Assembly: GCA_015062495.1 (NCBI GenBank)
Contig: SUUN01000002.1
Span: 71,905-135,904 of the forward strand
Direction of reading: 5' to 3'
DNA from: Alphaproteobacteria bacterium
Lineage (GTDB): Bacteria; Pseudomonadota; Alphaproteobacteria; Rs-D84
DNA length: 64,000 bases
Part shown: in pieces, positions 39,042 through 47,686 of the stretch
Layout of the letters: each line of letters opens with the position of its first letter
Numbering within the stretch: the first letter of the stretch is position 1
The notes under the pieces: generated by a model
Seen by the model: only the letters and a program-made list of their open reading frames with translations
Told to the model about the DNA's origin: nothing
The model's database searches: none
Position numbers and translations under genes: made by a program

Positions 39042-40126
39042 TTTATAATATCTTTTATTACCTGAACCGCATACTTTACATCATCAATTGTATTATATGC
39101 CCCGACTGACAAACGAACCGACCCCGGAACACCCAAACGATTATGTATCCATGTCGCACACATATTTCCAGCACGCACACAAATATTACGCGCACCCATC
39201 ATTACCCCCACATCCAATACATGCATTCCATCAACAACAAATGTCAGCATCGACGCATCACGGGCCGATAAAATTTTAATCCGTGGATTGGCACACAATT
39301 CATCATACATATATTTTATTAAATCCAAATTCGGGCGATTCTTTTCGATTTCATCAATCGCCACGCCCAGGCCCGAAATCTGGGTCAATGGCAAAGTTCC
39401 TGCTTCGAACTTTTCAGGCCCAGCCACCAAAACAACATCATTCCCAATGATTCTGTTGACCATTCCACCACCAAAGTTTACCGGATTAAATCGGTCTGGA
39501 TTTTTAATATACATAACCCCCAGTCCCGTATCCGCACCAATTTTATGCGCAGACCACACAACAAAATCCGCCCCCCAATCCATAACATCAATCTGCTCAT
39601 GAACCACATATTGCGCCGCATCCACCACAACGATAACATTTGGATTTTTATCACGCGCTATACGCACGATTTCTGGGACTTTTTGCGCCACGCCTAAAAC
39701 ATTAGACATCGCCGTCAACACAACAACATTTGCATACGGAACATTATTTATATCGATATTAAAATCCGCATCCAATGGCATAACTATTGTTTTTGCCACC
39801 GCTTCTTCAAATGGCAAACGCGCACTGTGGTGATCCAGGTCAGACACCGCCACAACCATATCCGATGTTAAATTCAGCATACGCGCAATCATATTCATCG
39901 CACCCGTCGTCCCAGATGTAAATACAATTTTATTTTCATGCGCCCCCATAAATTGCGCCACACGCCGCCGCGCATTCAAAACCATATCATCAACATATGC
40001 CGCCCGTGCACAAATACCACGCCCGGCATTCGCATAATTATTGCGCAAAAAATCAACCTGAGCCCCAATTACAGACTCTGACTTTTGATATGTTGCAGCC
40101 GCATCTAAGTATATGATTTTATTCAT
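39038..40126 (-). CDS. sufS: cysteine desulfurase (class V aminotransferase, SufS/IscS-like, short form)
   Basis: 362 aa PLP-dependent fold with SAHK. Clustered with sufT and sufE. Confidence 0.7.
   Translation of the reverse strand: MNKIIYLDAAATYQKSESVIGAQVDFLRNNYANAGRGICARAAYVDDMVLNARRRVAQFMGAHENKIVFTSGTTGAMNMIARMLNLTSDMVVAVSDLDHHSARLPFEEAVAKTIVMPLDADFNIDINNVPYANVVVLTAMSNVLGVAQKVPEIVRIARDKNPNVIVVVDAAQYVVHEQIDVMDWGADFVVWSAHKIGADTGLGVMYIKNPDRFNPVNFGGGMVNRIIGNDVVLVAGPEKFEAGTLPLTQISGLGVAIDEIEKNRPNLDLIKYMYDELCANPRIKILSARDASMLTFVVDGMHVLDVGVMMGARNICVRAGNMCATWIHNRLGVPGSVRLSVGAYNTIDDVKYAVQVIKDIIK
39654..39666 (+). repeat. 13-mer CGCGCTATACGCA, site 5 of 6, inside sufS (minus-strand gene; encodes VPEIVRIARD)
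   Basis: Context is TCACGCGCTATACGCACGATTTCTGGGAC. Confidence 0.6.
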
Positions 40127-40200
40127 TTATGATTTCTCTTGCATTTTGGACGGATTATAATACACTTCTGCCAAATATCAATAACAGAAAGGAGAAAAAC

Positions 40201-40518
40201 ATGGCAATCACACACGCGAACGACACAACAATTGATACAATTATTGGTGATGGTATCACATTGGTCGATTTCTGGGCATCCTGGTGCGGTCCATGCCGTA
40301 TGTTTGGTCCAATTTTCGAATCTGCTTCTGACCAGGCAACCGATGTAAAATTCGTCAAATTTGAAATTGATGAAACGAATCGACGTACCCCGGCCAAATA
40401 TGGCATCCGCAGCATCCCATCAGTTTTAGCATTTAAAAATGGCGAATTGATTGAAGCACGCACCGGCCTGATGGACGAAGAAACTGTCCTAAACTGGATA
40501 CAAGAATTAAAGGGTTAA
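40201..40518 (+). CDS. trxA: thioredoxin
   Basis: WASWCGPCRM active site. About 105 aa from ATG 40201. Confidence 0.9.
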   Translation: MAITHANDTTIDTIIGDGITLVDFWASWCGPCRMFGPIFESASDQATDVKFVKFEIDETNRRTPAKYGIRSIPSVLAFKNGELIEARTGLMDEETVLNWIQELKG

Positions 40519-40522
40519 TACC

Positions 40523-40957
40523 ATGGCAAAAACAAAAGAATACAAGACACTTGAACTACCCAGCAATTACAAGCCAAAAAAATCAGAACCATATATGTGC
40601 CCAACACAATTGGCATACTTTTATCGCATATTAAACGCCCAGCGCGAAGAATTACAAAGTAACAGTGATTCTGTATTAAATGCGATTCGCCTGGCGGACA
40701 AGACCGAAGCCGTCGGCGTCGGCGACGAATCAGACAACGCAACATACAACCAAGACATCACAATGGACCTGCGTATGTCTGACCGCAACAATAAATTATT
40801 ACAAAAGGTTAACGCCGCCCTGGATCGTATTGCAAACGGCACATATGGATACAGTGTTGTATCTGGTGAAGAAATCGGGATTGGGCGCATGATGGCGCGT
40901 CCACTGGCCACCATGACGGTCGAAGAACAAGAAGAATACGAATCCCGCAAAGGCTAA
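40523..40957 (+). CDS. dksA: DksA/TraR-family RNA-polymerase-binding protein (Cys-less variant)
   Basis: 144 aa. Coiled-coil with the DESDNA tip motif (DxxDxA). The C-terminal Cys4 positions are replaced. Confidence 0.6.
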   Translation: MAKTKEYKTLELPSNYKPKKSEPYMCPTQLAYFYRILNAQREELQSNSDSVLNAIRLADKTEAVGVGDESDNATYNQDITMDLRMSDRNNKLLQKVNAALDRIANGTYGYSVVSGEEIGIGRMMARPLATMTVEEQEEYESRKG

Positions 40958-40961
40958 ACAA

Positions 40962-40987
40962 AAATCCGGCATCCGCCGGATTTTCTA
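40962..40987. terminator. terminator AAAATCCGGCATCCGCCGGATTTTCT (identical hairpin to 3808-3833)
   Basis: Same 21-mer hairpin as the one after pgsA. Confidence 0.7.
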
Positions 40988-41260
40988 TTCAGTGTAATAA
41001 CAATCACCTGCATATGTTCCCGAACCCGTTGTGTCACTAAAACTATTACCGGACGGTATGTAACAACTTGTAATACCACCCGTATTTTGATCCACCGTTG
41101 TTCCATATACACCACCCGACGACGGGCATCGCACACACGATGTACCACTTAAATAATACCCCGTATAACACGAATACGTCGTAGACGAAACCGCACATGT
41201 ATCTGCATACACCGACGACATGCACAACCCCACCCAAAGGGCAAATAATATCTTCTTCAT
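40985..41260 (-). CDS. small secreted cysteine-rich protein
   Basis: 91 aa. Signal peptide MKKILFALWVGLCMSSVYA. 9 Cys, Gly/Thr/Ser/Tyr-rich. Confidence 0.55.
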   Translation of the reverse strand: MKKILFALWVGLCMSSVYADTCAVSSTTYSCYTGYYLSGTSCVRCPSSGGVYGTTVDQNTGGITSCYIPSGNSFSDTTGSGTYAGDCYYTE

Positions 41261-41273
41261 ATCTTTACCCCCT

Positions 41274-41678
41274 TTACATCAAAGAAATTGCCGAACACGC
41301 CGTATTAGTGGCATTAATCAAACAACATCCTGTCCAACCTATTGACGACGAACTGTAATTAACACATTGCCACGCTTCTTCTGTTGATGTTGTAGCCTCA
41401 CACGAAGAATATTGCACCTTCGTATAGCGATGTGCAGATTCCGAATATGTTGTTTCCGCCATCCGCAGACACCGCCCACTTGCATCATTATACGTCCACC
41501 CTGTCGGACACTCCCCTTTGGTAAAGGTTTTACCATTTGTACAACAATGTGTATTCGCACACGTTGCAATACATTCCGACTTTGTTTGATTCAAAAAAAT
41601 TAACGATCCTGTCACACCAAAACAGTCATCAACAAACATTGGCAGCATACCAACACACAAAACAAAAATTTTTTTCAT
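41274..41678 (-). CDS. secreted cysteine-rich protein
   Basis: 134 aa with signal peptide and 14 Cys. Strong RBS AGGAGGA. Preceded by the conserved leader element. Confidence 0.6.
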   Translation of the reverse strand: MKKIFVLCVGMLPMFVDDCFGVTGSLIFLNQTKSECIATCANTHCCTNGKTFTKGECPTGWTYNDASGRCLRMAETTYSESAHRYTKVQYSSCEATTSTEEAWQCVNYSSSSIGWTGCCLINATNTACSAISLM

Positions 41679-41700
41679 TTCAATCCTCCTGATGTTTTAT

Positions 41701-41800
41701 AAAAAACAAAAACCACTGAAAAATCTTTCAAGTGGTTGGAGGTTCGAAACAATTATAGAGAATTGTGGGCTTATTTATATATATCACCACCCTCCAACCC
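41701..41800 (-). promoter_or_regulatory. conserved structured 5' leader element, copy 1 (long stem + terminator-like hairpin + U-tract before the RBS)
   Basis: In mRNA orientation the order is: stem GGGUUGGAGG (41799-41791) pairing with CCUCCAACC (41742-41734) around a ~48-nt loop, then hairpin CCACUUGAAAGAUUUUUCAGUGG (41735-41713), then UUUUUGUUUUUU, then AGGAGGA and AUG at 41678. Homologous to 51107-51210. Confidence 0.55.
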
Positions 41801-42006
41801 AGACGGATTGGCGGTTCAGACATATCTATAAAAAACAACACCACCCAGATAACTTTTTACCCAGTGGTGTCGAAATCTATATCTATGCCTGTATTTCTAT
41901 GTTGCACATTGCAACATCTCTATAACGGGTTTCGACACCCCGCCCACGGGAATTCCCCATCGGCACTTTGAGTATAAACGAAACCACAAATCAACGCAAT
42001 TATAAA

Positions 42007-42136
42007 TTTTGCTTCTATTTACTGGATTGTCCCACTACACTTGCGATGGCAACAAAAAGAGGCTTAAAATTTCTAGAACCTTAAAAACTCTTGTCATTGC
42101 GAGCAAACGCCAGTTTGCGTGGCAATCCAGTCTTAT
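42007..42136. repeat. direct repeat, copy 1 (~130 bp), containing a palindromic SLRxNxSLRGNPV-coding REP-like unit
   Basis: TTTTGCTTCTATTTACTGGATTG ... TTCTAGAACCTTAAAAACTCTTGTCATTGCGAGCAAACGCCAGTTTGCGTGGCAATCCAGTCTTAT. Lies just 3' of the GIY-YIG gene. Inner hairpin is GCAAAC-GCCA-GTTTGC. Confidence 0.75.
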
Positions 42137-42146
42137 GCATTCCGAC

Positions 42147-42455
42147 CTACCTGACCCAAAACATATCTTGTAAACTTAAATCTATCCAATCTGGATTTAT
42201 ACTTTCAATCAAACTTAATTTATATTTTCTTGACTGCGACTTGATATGCTTTTCACGTTCAATAGCATCATTTACATATTGAAACTCTTCCCAATATCCC
42301 AACTTATCACAACCATATCGTGCCGAAAAAGAATCTGGATTTATCTTATTTTTGTGTTCCCAAACACGTCTTGTAACATCATCCGTCATACCAGTGTACA
42401 ACGTACCATTTCTGCGATTAAACATAATATAAACATAGAATTTATATTCTTTCAT
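42147..42455 (-). CDS. GIY-YIG nuclease-superfamily small protein (UPF0213-like)
   Basis: About 102 aa from MKEYKFYVYIMFNRRNGTLYTGMTDDVTRRVWEHK (GIY...YIG-type motif with R and E). The track start at 42515 would run into the upstream repeat. Confidence 0.7.
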   Translation of the reverse strand: MKEYKFYVYIMFNRRNGTLYTGMTDDVTRRVWEHKNKINPDSFSARYGCDKLGYWEEFQYVNDAIEREKHIKSQSRKYKLSLIESINPDWIDLSLQDMFWVR

Positions 42456-42587
42456 TTTGCTTCTATTTACTGGATTGCCGCGGTCGTTAACACTCCCTCG
42501 CAATGACAAAGACACTTAATATTCTAGAACCCTAAAAACTCTTGTCATTGCGAGCAAACGCCAGTTTGTGTGGCAATCCAGTCTTAT
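42455..42587. repeat. direct repeat, copy 2 (~130 bp), immediately 5' of the GIY-YIG start
   Basis: TTTTGCTTCTATTTACTGGATTG ... TCTAGAACCCTAAAAACTCTTGTCATTGCGAGCAAACGCCAGTTTGTGTGGCAATCCAGTCTTAT. About 90% identical to copy 1 in the conserved blocks. Confidence 0.75.
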
Positions 42588-42595
42588 ATTCAAAA

Positions 42596-43333
42596 TTACA
42601 AATCCAAAATACAACCGAACAGTACAGCGAAAAAGAAACACACCGTCCCACCAATTACGAACAAGTGCCAAACCGCATGTGAAAACTTCATCCGTCGCCA
42701 CAGATAAAATATCACCCCGATTGTGTACGCCAATCCCCCCGCCAAAATAAACCACAAACCGCGTTCCGGGATATTGCGAATCATTGCCGGCAAAATGAAC
42801 AGCAACGTCCACCCCATCGCGACATACAACCCAACCATCCATTTTGGCTGTTGCCGTGGATTACGAATTTTCATATACGATCCGAACAACACAATCGCCC
42901 ACAGGATTCCAAACACCGTCCATCCAATCAACCCACGCAAATTCACCAACAAAAACGGCGTATATGTACCCGCAATCAACGCATAGATTGCAACGCTGTC
43001 CCACACTTCAAAAAAACACTCGTGCTTTTTACCAATTGTTGCGTGACACATTGTTGAACCAAAATACAACGTTATCATTGTCACACCAAAAATCGCGCAC
43101 GACACAACCGCCCATGCATCGCCCTTAATCCCTGCGAACACCACCAACAATGTTAATGCCGCAATGGCCAATCCGATGCCAATACCGTGCGTTAAAATAT
43201 TTACGACTTCTTCGGCGTGGGTTGACGGCTTTTCCCATCGAAACAACCCCGTCGCCCGCAAAACCTTTAACAATTTTGATGCATGTTCATCTTTCTTGAC
43301 TGCGCGTATCCGCGCCCGTTTTGATTTCGTCAT
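42596..43333 (-). CDS. hemolysin-III family membrane protein (PAQR/HlyIII)
   Basis: 245 aa, 7 transmembrane helices. Conserved NxxTHGIG and SHAVWHLFV motifs. Confidence 0.75.
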   Translation of the reverse strand: MTKSKRARIRAVKKDEHASKLLKVLRATGLFRWEKPSTHAEEVVNILTHGIGIGLAIAALTLLVVFAGIKGDAWAVVSCAIFGVTMITLYFGSTMCHATIGKKHECFFEVWDSVAIYALIAGTYTPFLLVNLRGLIGWTVFGILWAIVLFGSYMKIRNPRQQPKWMVGLYVAMGWTLLFILPAMIRNIPERGLWFILAGGLAYTIGVIFYLWRRMKFSHAVWHLFVIGGTVCFFFAVLFGCILDL

Positions 43334-44907
43334 TTTATCGCCTTTTCGATTCGTTTAATTACGCGTTCTGTGCCCATAACCGACATAATTGAATACAGAT
43401 CCGGTGTATTTGTGCGCCCCGCCAATGCCACACGCAGGTTCATCGCAACATCACCATTTTTTACACCGCATTTTTCGGCAACCGAAACAATTTTTGCCCA
43501 CCAAGTATCCTTGTCATCCGCCGCGTTATACGTTTCCAAAAACGCACGCAACACATCCGAATTAAATTCATATTCAGTATTGGCCACAAACAATTCATCC
43601 CAGAAAAACGCAACATTTTCCAGCGTCTGTGACCACGTGATAAAGTCCTTGCGCACACGCTTTGGATTATCACGTTCAATTCCCAAAACACCTGTTAAAT
43701 AATCTGCATCTGCGACCTGCATGCGATTCGTATCTGTACCATATTCATTTGCCCAGGCAACCACACGTGCAACCAATTCCGGCACAGGCAACGAACCAAT
43801 AAATTCCTTGGCCCACCATTCTAATTTTTTCATATCAAACAGCGCACCTGACATCGGAATCTTTTTTGCGCGCATTTCATAATCCCAGAATGATTTCACC
43901 TGGCCCTTCATCTTGGCTTCTTCATAACCCGACGCTGCAATGTTTCCCAGATATTCAATCACGGATTCAACGGGCCAGCCCGCACTCAGGAAAAACGCAA
44001 CATTGGCCTCGGGATCTTTACGTTTAGACAATTTACGTTGCTTGCCCGTTTCTTCATCAATCTTGTCAATGGTCGACGTATGAATATACAACGGTGCACG
44101 CCAATCCATCATACGAAACATCTGTACATGCAACGGCAATGACGGCAGCCATTCTTCCCCACGAATAACATGTGTTGTCCGCATAAAGTGATCATCACAC
44201 AAATGCGCAAAGTGATACGTTGGCAACCCATCATTTGATTTAATTAAAACAATATCCTCGTTATTTTCTGGGAAGCCAATCGAACCACGAACCGCATCCT
44301 TGCAAAAAATTCTTTGTTCTGGATTTCCCCCAGAAAACATGCGTACAGACGGAATTTCGCCATTATCCAAATGCGCAATAATTTCTTCTTCGGTCAGATT
44401 TCTGTCACGTGCAAATTCACCATAAATTCCCGTTGCGAAACCCGCTGCTTTTTGTTTTTCTCTGATATCCTCCATATCCGCCGCAGTCAAGAAACACGGA
44501 TATGCCAGCCCCTGCTCTAACAAATATGCAGCGACACTGTGGTAAATTTCCTTGCGCTGCGATTGATAATATGGACCGTATTTTTCATCATTATTATATT
44601 TCAATCCGAATCGATTCATAGAATCATTGATAATCTGAACCGCATCTGCGACTTCGCGTTTAGTATCCGTATCTTCGATACGCAACATAAACACCCCACC
44701 CGACTGCTGCGCCAATTTACAGTCAATCAACGCACCATACAGCCCGCCAATATGCATATATCCCGTTGGACTGGGGGCAAAACGCGTCACCATTGCGCCA
44801 TCTGGCAGATTGCGTGGCGGAAACATTGCTTCTAATTCATCCAATGTATATTTTGGCGTCCCGCCCAAGACACGCGCAATTAAATCCTTTGATAAACCTG
44901 TTCTCAT
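43330..44907 (-). CDS. gltX: glutamate--tRNA ligase
   Basis: Class I HIGG (PSPTGYMHIGG) and KLSKR (KMSKS) motifs. 525 aa. gatCAB is present nearby, consistent with a non-discriminating GluRS. Confidence 0.8.
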   Translation of the reverse strand: MRTGLSKDLIARVLGGTPKYTLDELEAMFPPRNLPDGAMVTRFAPSPTGYMHIGGLYGALIDCKLAQQSGGVFMLRIEDTDTKREVADAVQIINDSMNRFGLKYNNDEKYGPYYQSQRKEIYHSVAAYLLEQGLAYPCFLTAADMEDIREKQKAAGFATGIYGEFARDRNLTEEEIIAHLDNGEIPSVRMFSGGNPEQRIFCKDAVRGSIGFPENNEDIVLIKSNDGLPTYHFAHLCDDHFMRTTHVIRGEEWLPSLPLHVQMFRMMDWRAPLYIHTSTIDKIDEETGKQRKLSKRKDPEANVAFFLSAGWPVESVIEYLGNIAASGYEEAKMKGQVKSFWDYEMRAKKIPMSGALFDMKKLEWWAKEFIGSLPVPELVARVVAWANEYGTDTNRMQVADADYLTGVLGIERDNPKRVRKDFITWSQTLENVAFFWDELFVANTEYEFNSDVLRAFLETYNAADDKDTWWAKIVSVAEKCGVKNGDVAMNLRVALAGRTNTPDLYSIMSVMGTERVIKRIEKAIK

Positions 44908-44953
44908 CTATATATTCCTTGTGTTTTTAATAACTCAATTCTATACTAAAAAC

Positions 44954-45574
44954 ATGGAAAAACAAGAAATAAGAACATTTGGTCGCCGTCACGGCAAAAA
45001 ATTATCCACCCGTCAACAAACACTGATTGACAACCTGTTGCCAACATTAAAACCGACAACGGGCGACATTTTGGAAATTGGATTTGGTGCGGGCGAACAT
45101 GTACGTGACCTGGCGCGCACAAATCCAGATAAAATTATTATTGGTGCCGAACCATTTATGAACGGGGTGGCGTCCCTGCTGTCCGCAATCACCGACGAAA
45201 AAACGAATCAGGTAATGGACGAATACGCCGGCATTCGCATCTGGGCGGATGATGTACGTGATTTTCTGCGCGAAACCGATTCGAAATTCGAACAAATTTG
45301 GGTTTTGCACCCCGACCCCTGGCCGAAAGCCCGACATGAAAAACGTCGCCTGCTATCGTCAGATTTTTTAAATCTGCTGTCAAAATATCTGACCGACAAT
45401 GGCGAAATTATTATCGGCACAGACCACTGGGAATATTTTGATTGGATATTGGAACAAATAAAAAACACACGCCTGACGGCAAACATCCCAGACATGGAAA
45501 TTATTCAAACGCGTTACCAACATAAAAACAAGGCGGGCACAGTCGCCCCAAAATATCTAATTCTTAAAAACTAA
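44954..45574 (+). CDS. trmB: tRNA (guanine46-N7)-methyltransferase TrmB
   Basis: SAM-methyltransferase fold (LEIGFGAGEH...) and HPDPWPKARHEKRRL. Start re-picked at MEKQEIRTF. Confidence 0.8.
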   Translation: MEKQEIRTFGRRHGKKLSTRQQTLIDNLLPTLKPTTGDILEIGFGAGEHVRDLARTNPDKIIIGAEPFMNGVASLLSAITDEKTNQVMDEYAGIRIWADDVRDFLRETDSKFEQIWVLHPDPWPKARHEKRRLLSSDFLNLLSKYLTDNGEIIIGTDHWEYFDWILEQIKNTRLTANIPDMEIIQTRYQHKNKAGTVAPKYLILKN

Positions 45575-46271
45575 CCCAAAAACGCAGTCCATCCATCAAC
45601 CCGGGCCGCACCTGTTGAACCAACCGCATTGCCTGCTCTATACGCATGAAATTCGGGCCAAATGCGAAATGCAAGTTAAATTTATTTTCCGTCCCCCATG
45701 CATTTAACATCCCGTACAACCGTCCAACAAAATCAGATTTATTCCCCGTATCATGCGCAAACGCAAATATCACAGACGACGCATTTATTTTGCGCAGATT
45801 TGCAAAAACATTTCCCCAGTCGAACGGCCCGATTTCACTGATATCCAATCCAATTGATAAATCCTTGTTAAAGAACAAATCATCCCGCACAAAATGCGTT
45901 TGTTCGACCAAGTCACCCAATCCACCCACATTCAAAAAAATCTGCGCACCATTTGCACCATGACGCAGACACGCATTAATCCGTACTGTAACATCTGAAA
46001 TCTGTTCTTCTGTGATTTTATCATTTTCCATATAGAACCGGGTCATAATCTTTACAGACGTTTTTTCCAACCACGGCCAAACAGTCTGAATCATATTTGG
46101 CGCAACTGAAACCTCTGACAAATTATGCGAATTTGCAAAATGCACAGCATCGGCCAAATCTGTGGCATCCATATCTGCCCCACACCACAGTGCCGCATTT
46201 TTACCAACCAAATCAAAAACAGCATTTTTATCAATCATAACACTTTTTACTTTATCACAAATATGATACAA
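45564..46271 (-). CDS. hypothetical protein
   Basis: 235 aa with no signal peptide and no confident motif. Divergent from the downstream four-gene operon. Confidence 0.45.
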   Translation of the reverse strand: MYHICDKVKSVMIDKNAVFDLVGKNAALWCGADMDATDLADAVHFANSHNLSEVSVAPNMIQTVWPWLEKTSVKIMTRFYMENDKITEEQISDVTVRINACLRHGANGAQIFLNVGGLGDLVEQTHFVRDDLFFNKDLSIGLDISEIGPFDWGNVFANLRKINASSVIFAFAHDTGNKSDFVGRLYGMLNAWGTENKFNLHFAFGPNFMRIEQAMRLVQQVRPGLMDGLRFWVSF

Positions 46272-46282
46272 TTAAAAATGTT

Positions 46283-47164
46283 ATGAAGGACAGACTGGAC
46301 AACTTTTTACTTGCAATTCTGTGGTTGTTGGCATCAACCCTGGGCGCATGCTTTTGGTTCAATATCCGATTCGGATTTAATATATTTTCGTCCCAACACT
46401 GGCATCACCTTGCCTATATGCAGGCCGCCCAAAACCCCGTCAGTCCAATGTTTTACATATCGACGGTTATAACAGTATTCGTTGTGATATTTGGTCTGTA
46501 TCTGATTATTCGTCCGCGTTTCAGACGATTTAAAATGCCAATACGTCAAACAACAATACCATCGCCACAACAACCCGCACAACCAATCCCCGCGAACGTC
46601 CCAACCCCCAGTGTCACGCCCGCACCCGCGCAGCCGCAAAACGCATCAACTATTCCCGAACAAATGTTGACACGTCCACCACGACTAAACATTGCGGTCA
46701 CACCACAATTATTCAGTGCCCCCCCACCGCAACAGGTTGCCACACCACAAAACGACTGGTCTGAAATACGCGACATATTTGAATCCGCTGGATATACATT
46801 CAAGGGCACGCCCCGTATTGGCACAATAACATCTGCACCCATTGCCATCGGCACAGGCGAAGTTTTATGGCTTGGCGCTATCGGTGTACCGACATCTGCC
46901 CTGGGCGCGGCCATTGATACACTTAACCAAATATTTTCAGATACACTGGATGACATAATAATAAACGTAAATGGCTTTGTTATTGATGCGCCCGACGCGG
47001 CCGCCCCAACCACCCCGGGCATACTAACATTTGACACACCCGCATCCCTGCGTCAATATATGTCTGAACATACAAACCCACCACTGGCCGAAGACGACAT
47101 CGAAAACTTTGATGCATTTTCCGCCTATATATCAACCGTAATTGATTACATTGGGAAAATTTGA
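46283..47164 (+). CDS. hypothetical Pro/Gln-rich membrane-anchored protein (operon gene 1)
   Basis: 293 aa. Two N-terminal transmembrane helices, a PQQPAQPIPANVPTPSVTPAPAQPQ low-complexity linker and a C-terminal globular region. Confidence 0.5.
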   Translation: MKDRLDNFLLAILWLLASTLGACFWFNIRFGFNIFSSQHWHHLAYMQAAQNPVSPMFYISTVITVFVVIFGLYLIIRPRFRRFKMPIRQTTIPSPQQPAQPIPANVPTPSVTPAPAQPQNASTIPEQMLTRPPRLNIAVTPQLFSAPPPQQVATPQNDWSEIRDIFESAGYTFKGTPRIGTITSAPIAIGTGEVLWLGAIGVPTSALGAAIDTLNQIFSDTLDDIIINVNGFVIDAPDAAAPTTPGILTFDTPASLRQYMSEHTNPPLAEDDIENFDAFSAYISTVIDYIGKI

Positions 47165-47667
47165 TGGAACTAAATGCCGGCACTGCCGAAAAATTAATAT
47201 CAGATATGGGCATGTCAGACCTGCCCCTGACCCAGGTTCATCCGACCCCCACCATTGTTGCGCCCGATTGGTTTTCGCGATACAAAAAATTGTGTCACGA
47301 ATTTATGGCATCATTAACAGATTCTGCCGAAACATTGGCGTTTATGAATTTGACCCAAGACGAATTTATGAACATAATTATGGGGCGCGACCTGCCCCAG
47401 AATATATCCATTCGGTTTCGCATACCGTTGGTATGGGGTGGCAAACTGGAAATTGATAATTTATTTATGTGTTGGACTTTTCCGCATTCCTACAACATGG
47501 ATCGATTTATTATTGCCCAGTCTGGCGCACAAACAATATGGATGCCGAACCCCGCAAAAAAGATTTATCTGCCTGCACACACGGCGGGTGGCGGTGACGG
47601 CGGCAACGCAACCGAAGACAGACTGGCCCAGATTGGCGCACAAATTGCGGCCGATCGTGATATGTAA
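47161..47667 (+). CDS. hypothetical protein (operon gene 2)
   Basis: 168 aa. ATGA overlap with gene 1. Confidence 0.45.
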   Translation: MMELNAGTAEKLISDMGMSDLPLTQVHPTPTIVAPDWFSRYKKLCHEFMASLTDSAETLAFMNLTQDEFMNIIMGRDLPQNISIRFRIPLVWGGKLEIDNLFMCWTFPHSYNMDRFIIAQSGAQTIWMPNPAKKIYLPAHTAGGGDGGNATEDRLAQIGAQIAADRDM

Positions 47668-47686
47668 AGCAAGACGGTGATAAAAA

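Noticed and set aside
40523-40957. Calling the DksA-like protein a zinc-finger TraR
   Set aside because: The C4 zinc-finger cysteines are absent. Kept as a Cys-less DksA-family protein at moderate confidence.
46546-47037. 163-aa ORF antisense to the Pro-rich membrane protein gene
   Set aside because: Low-complexity shadow of the Pro/Gln codon run.
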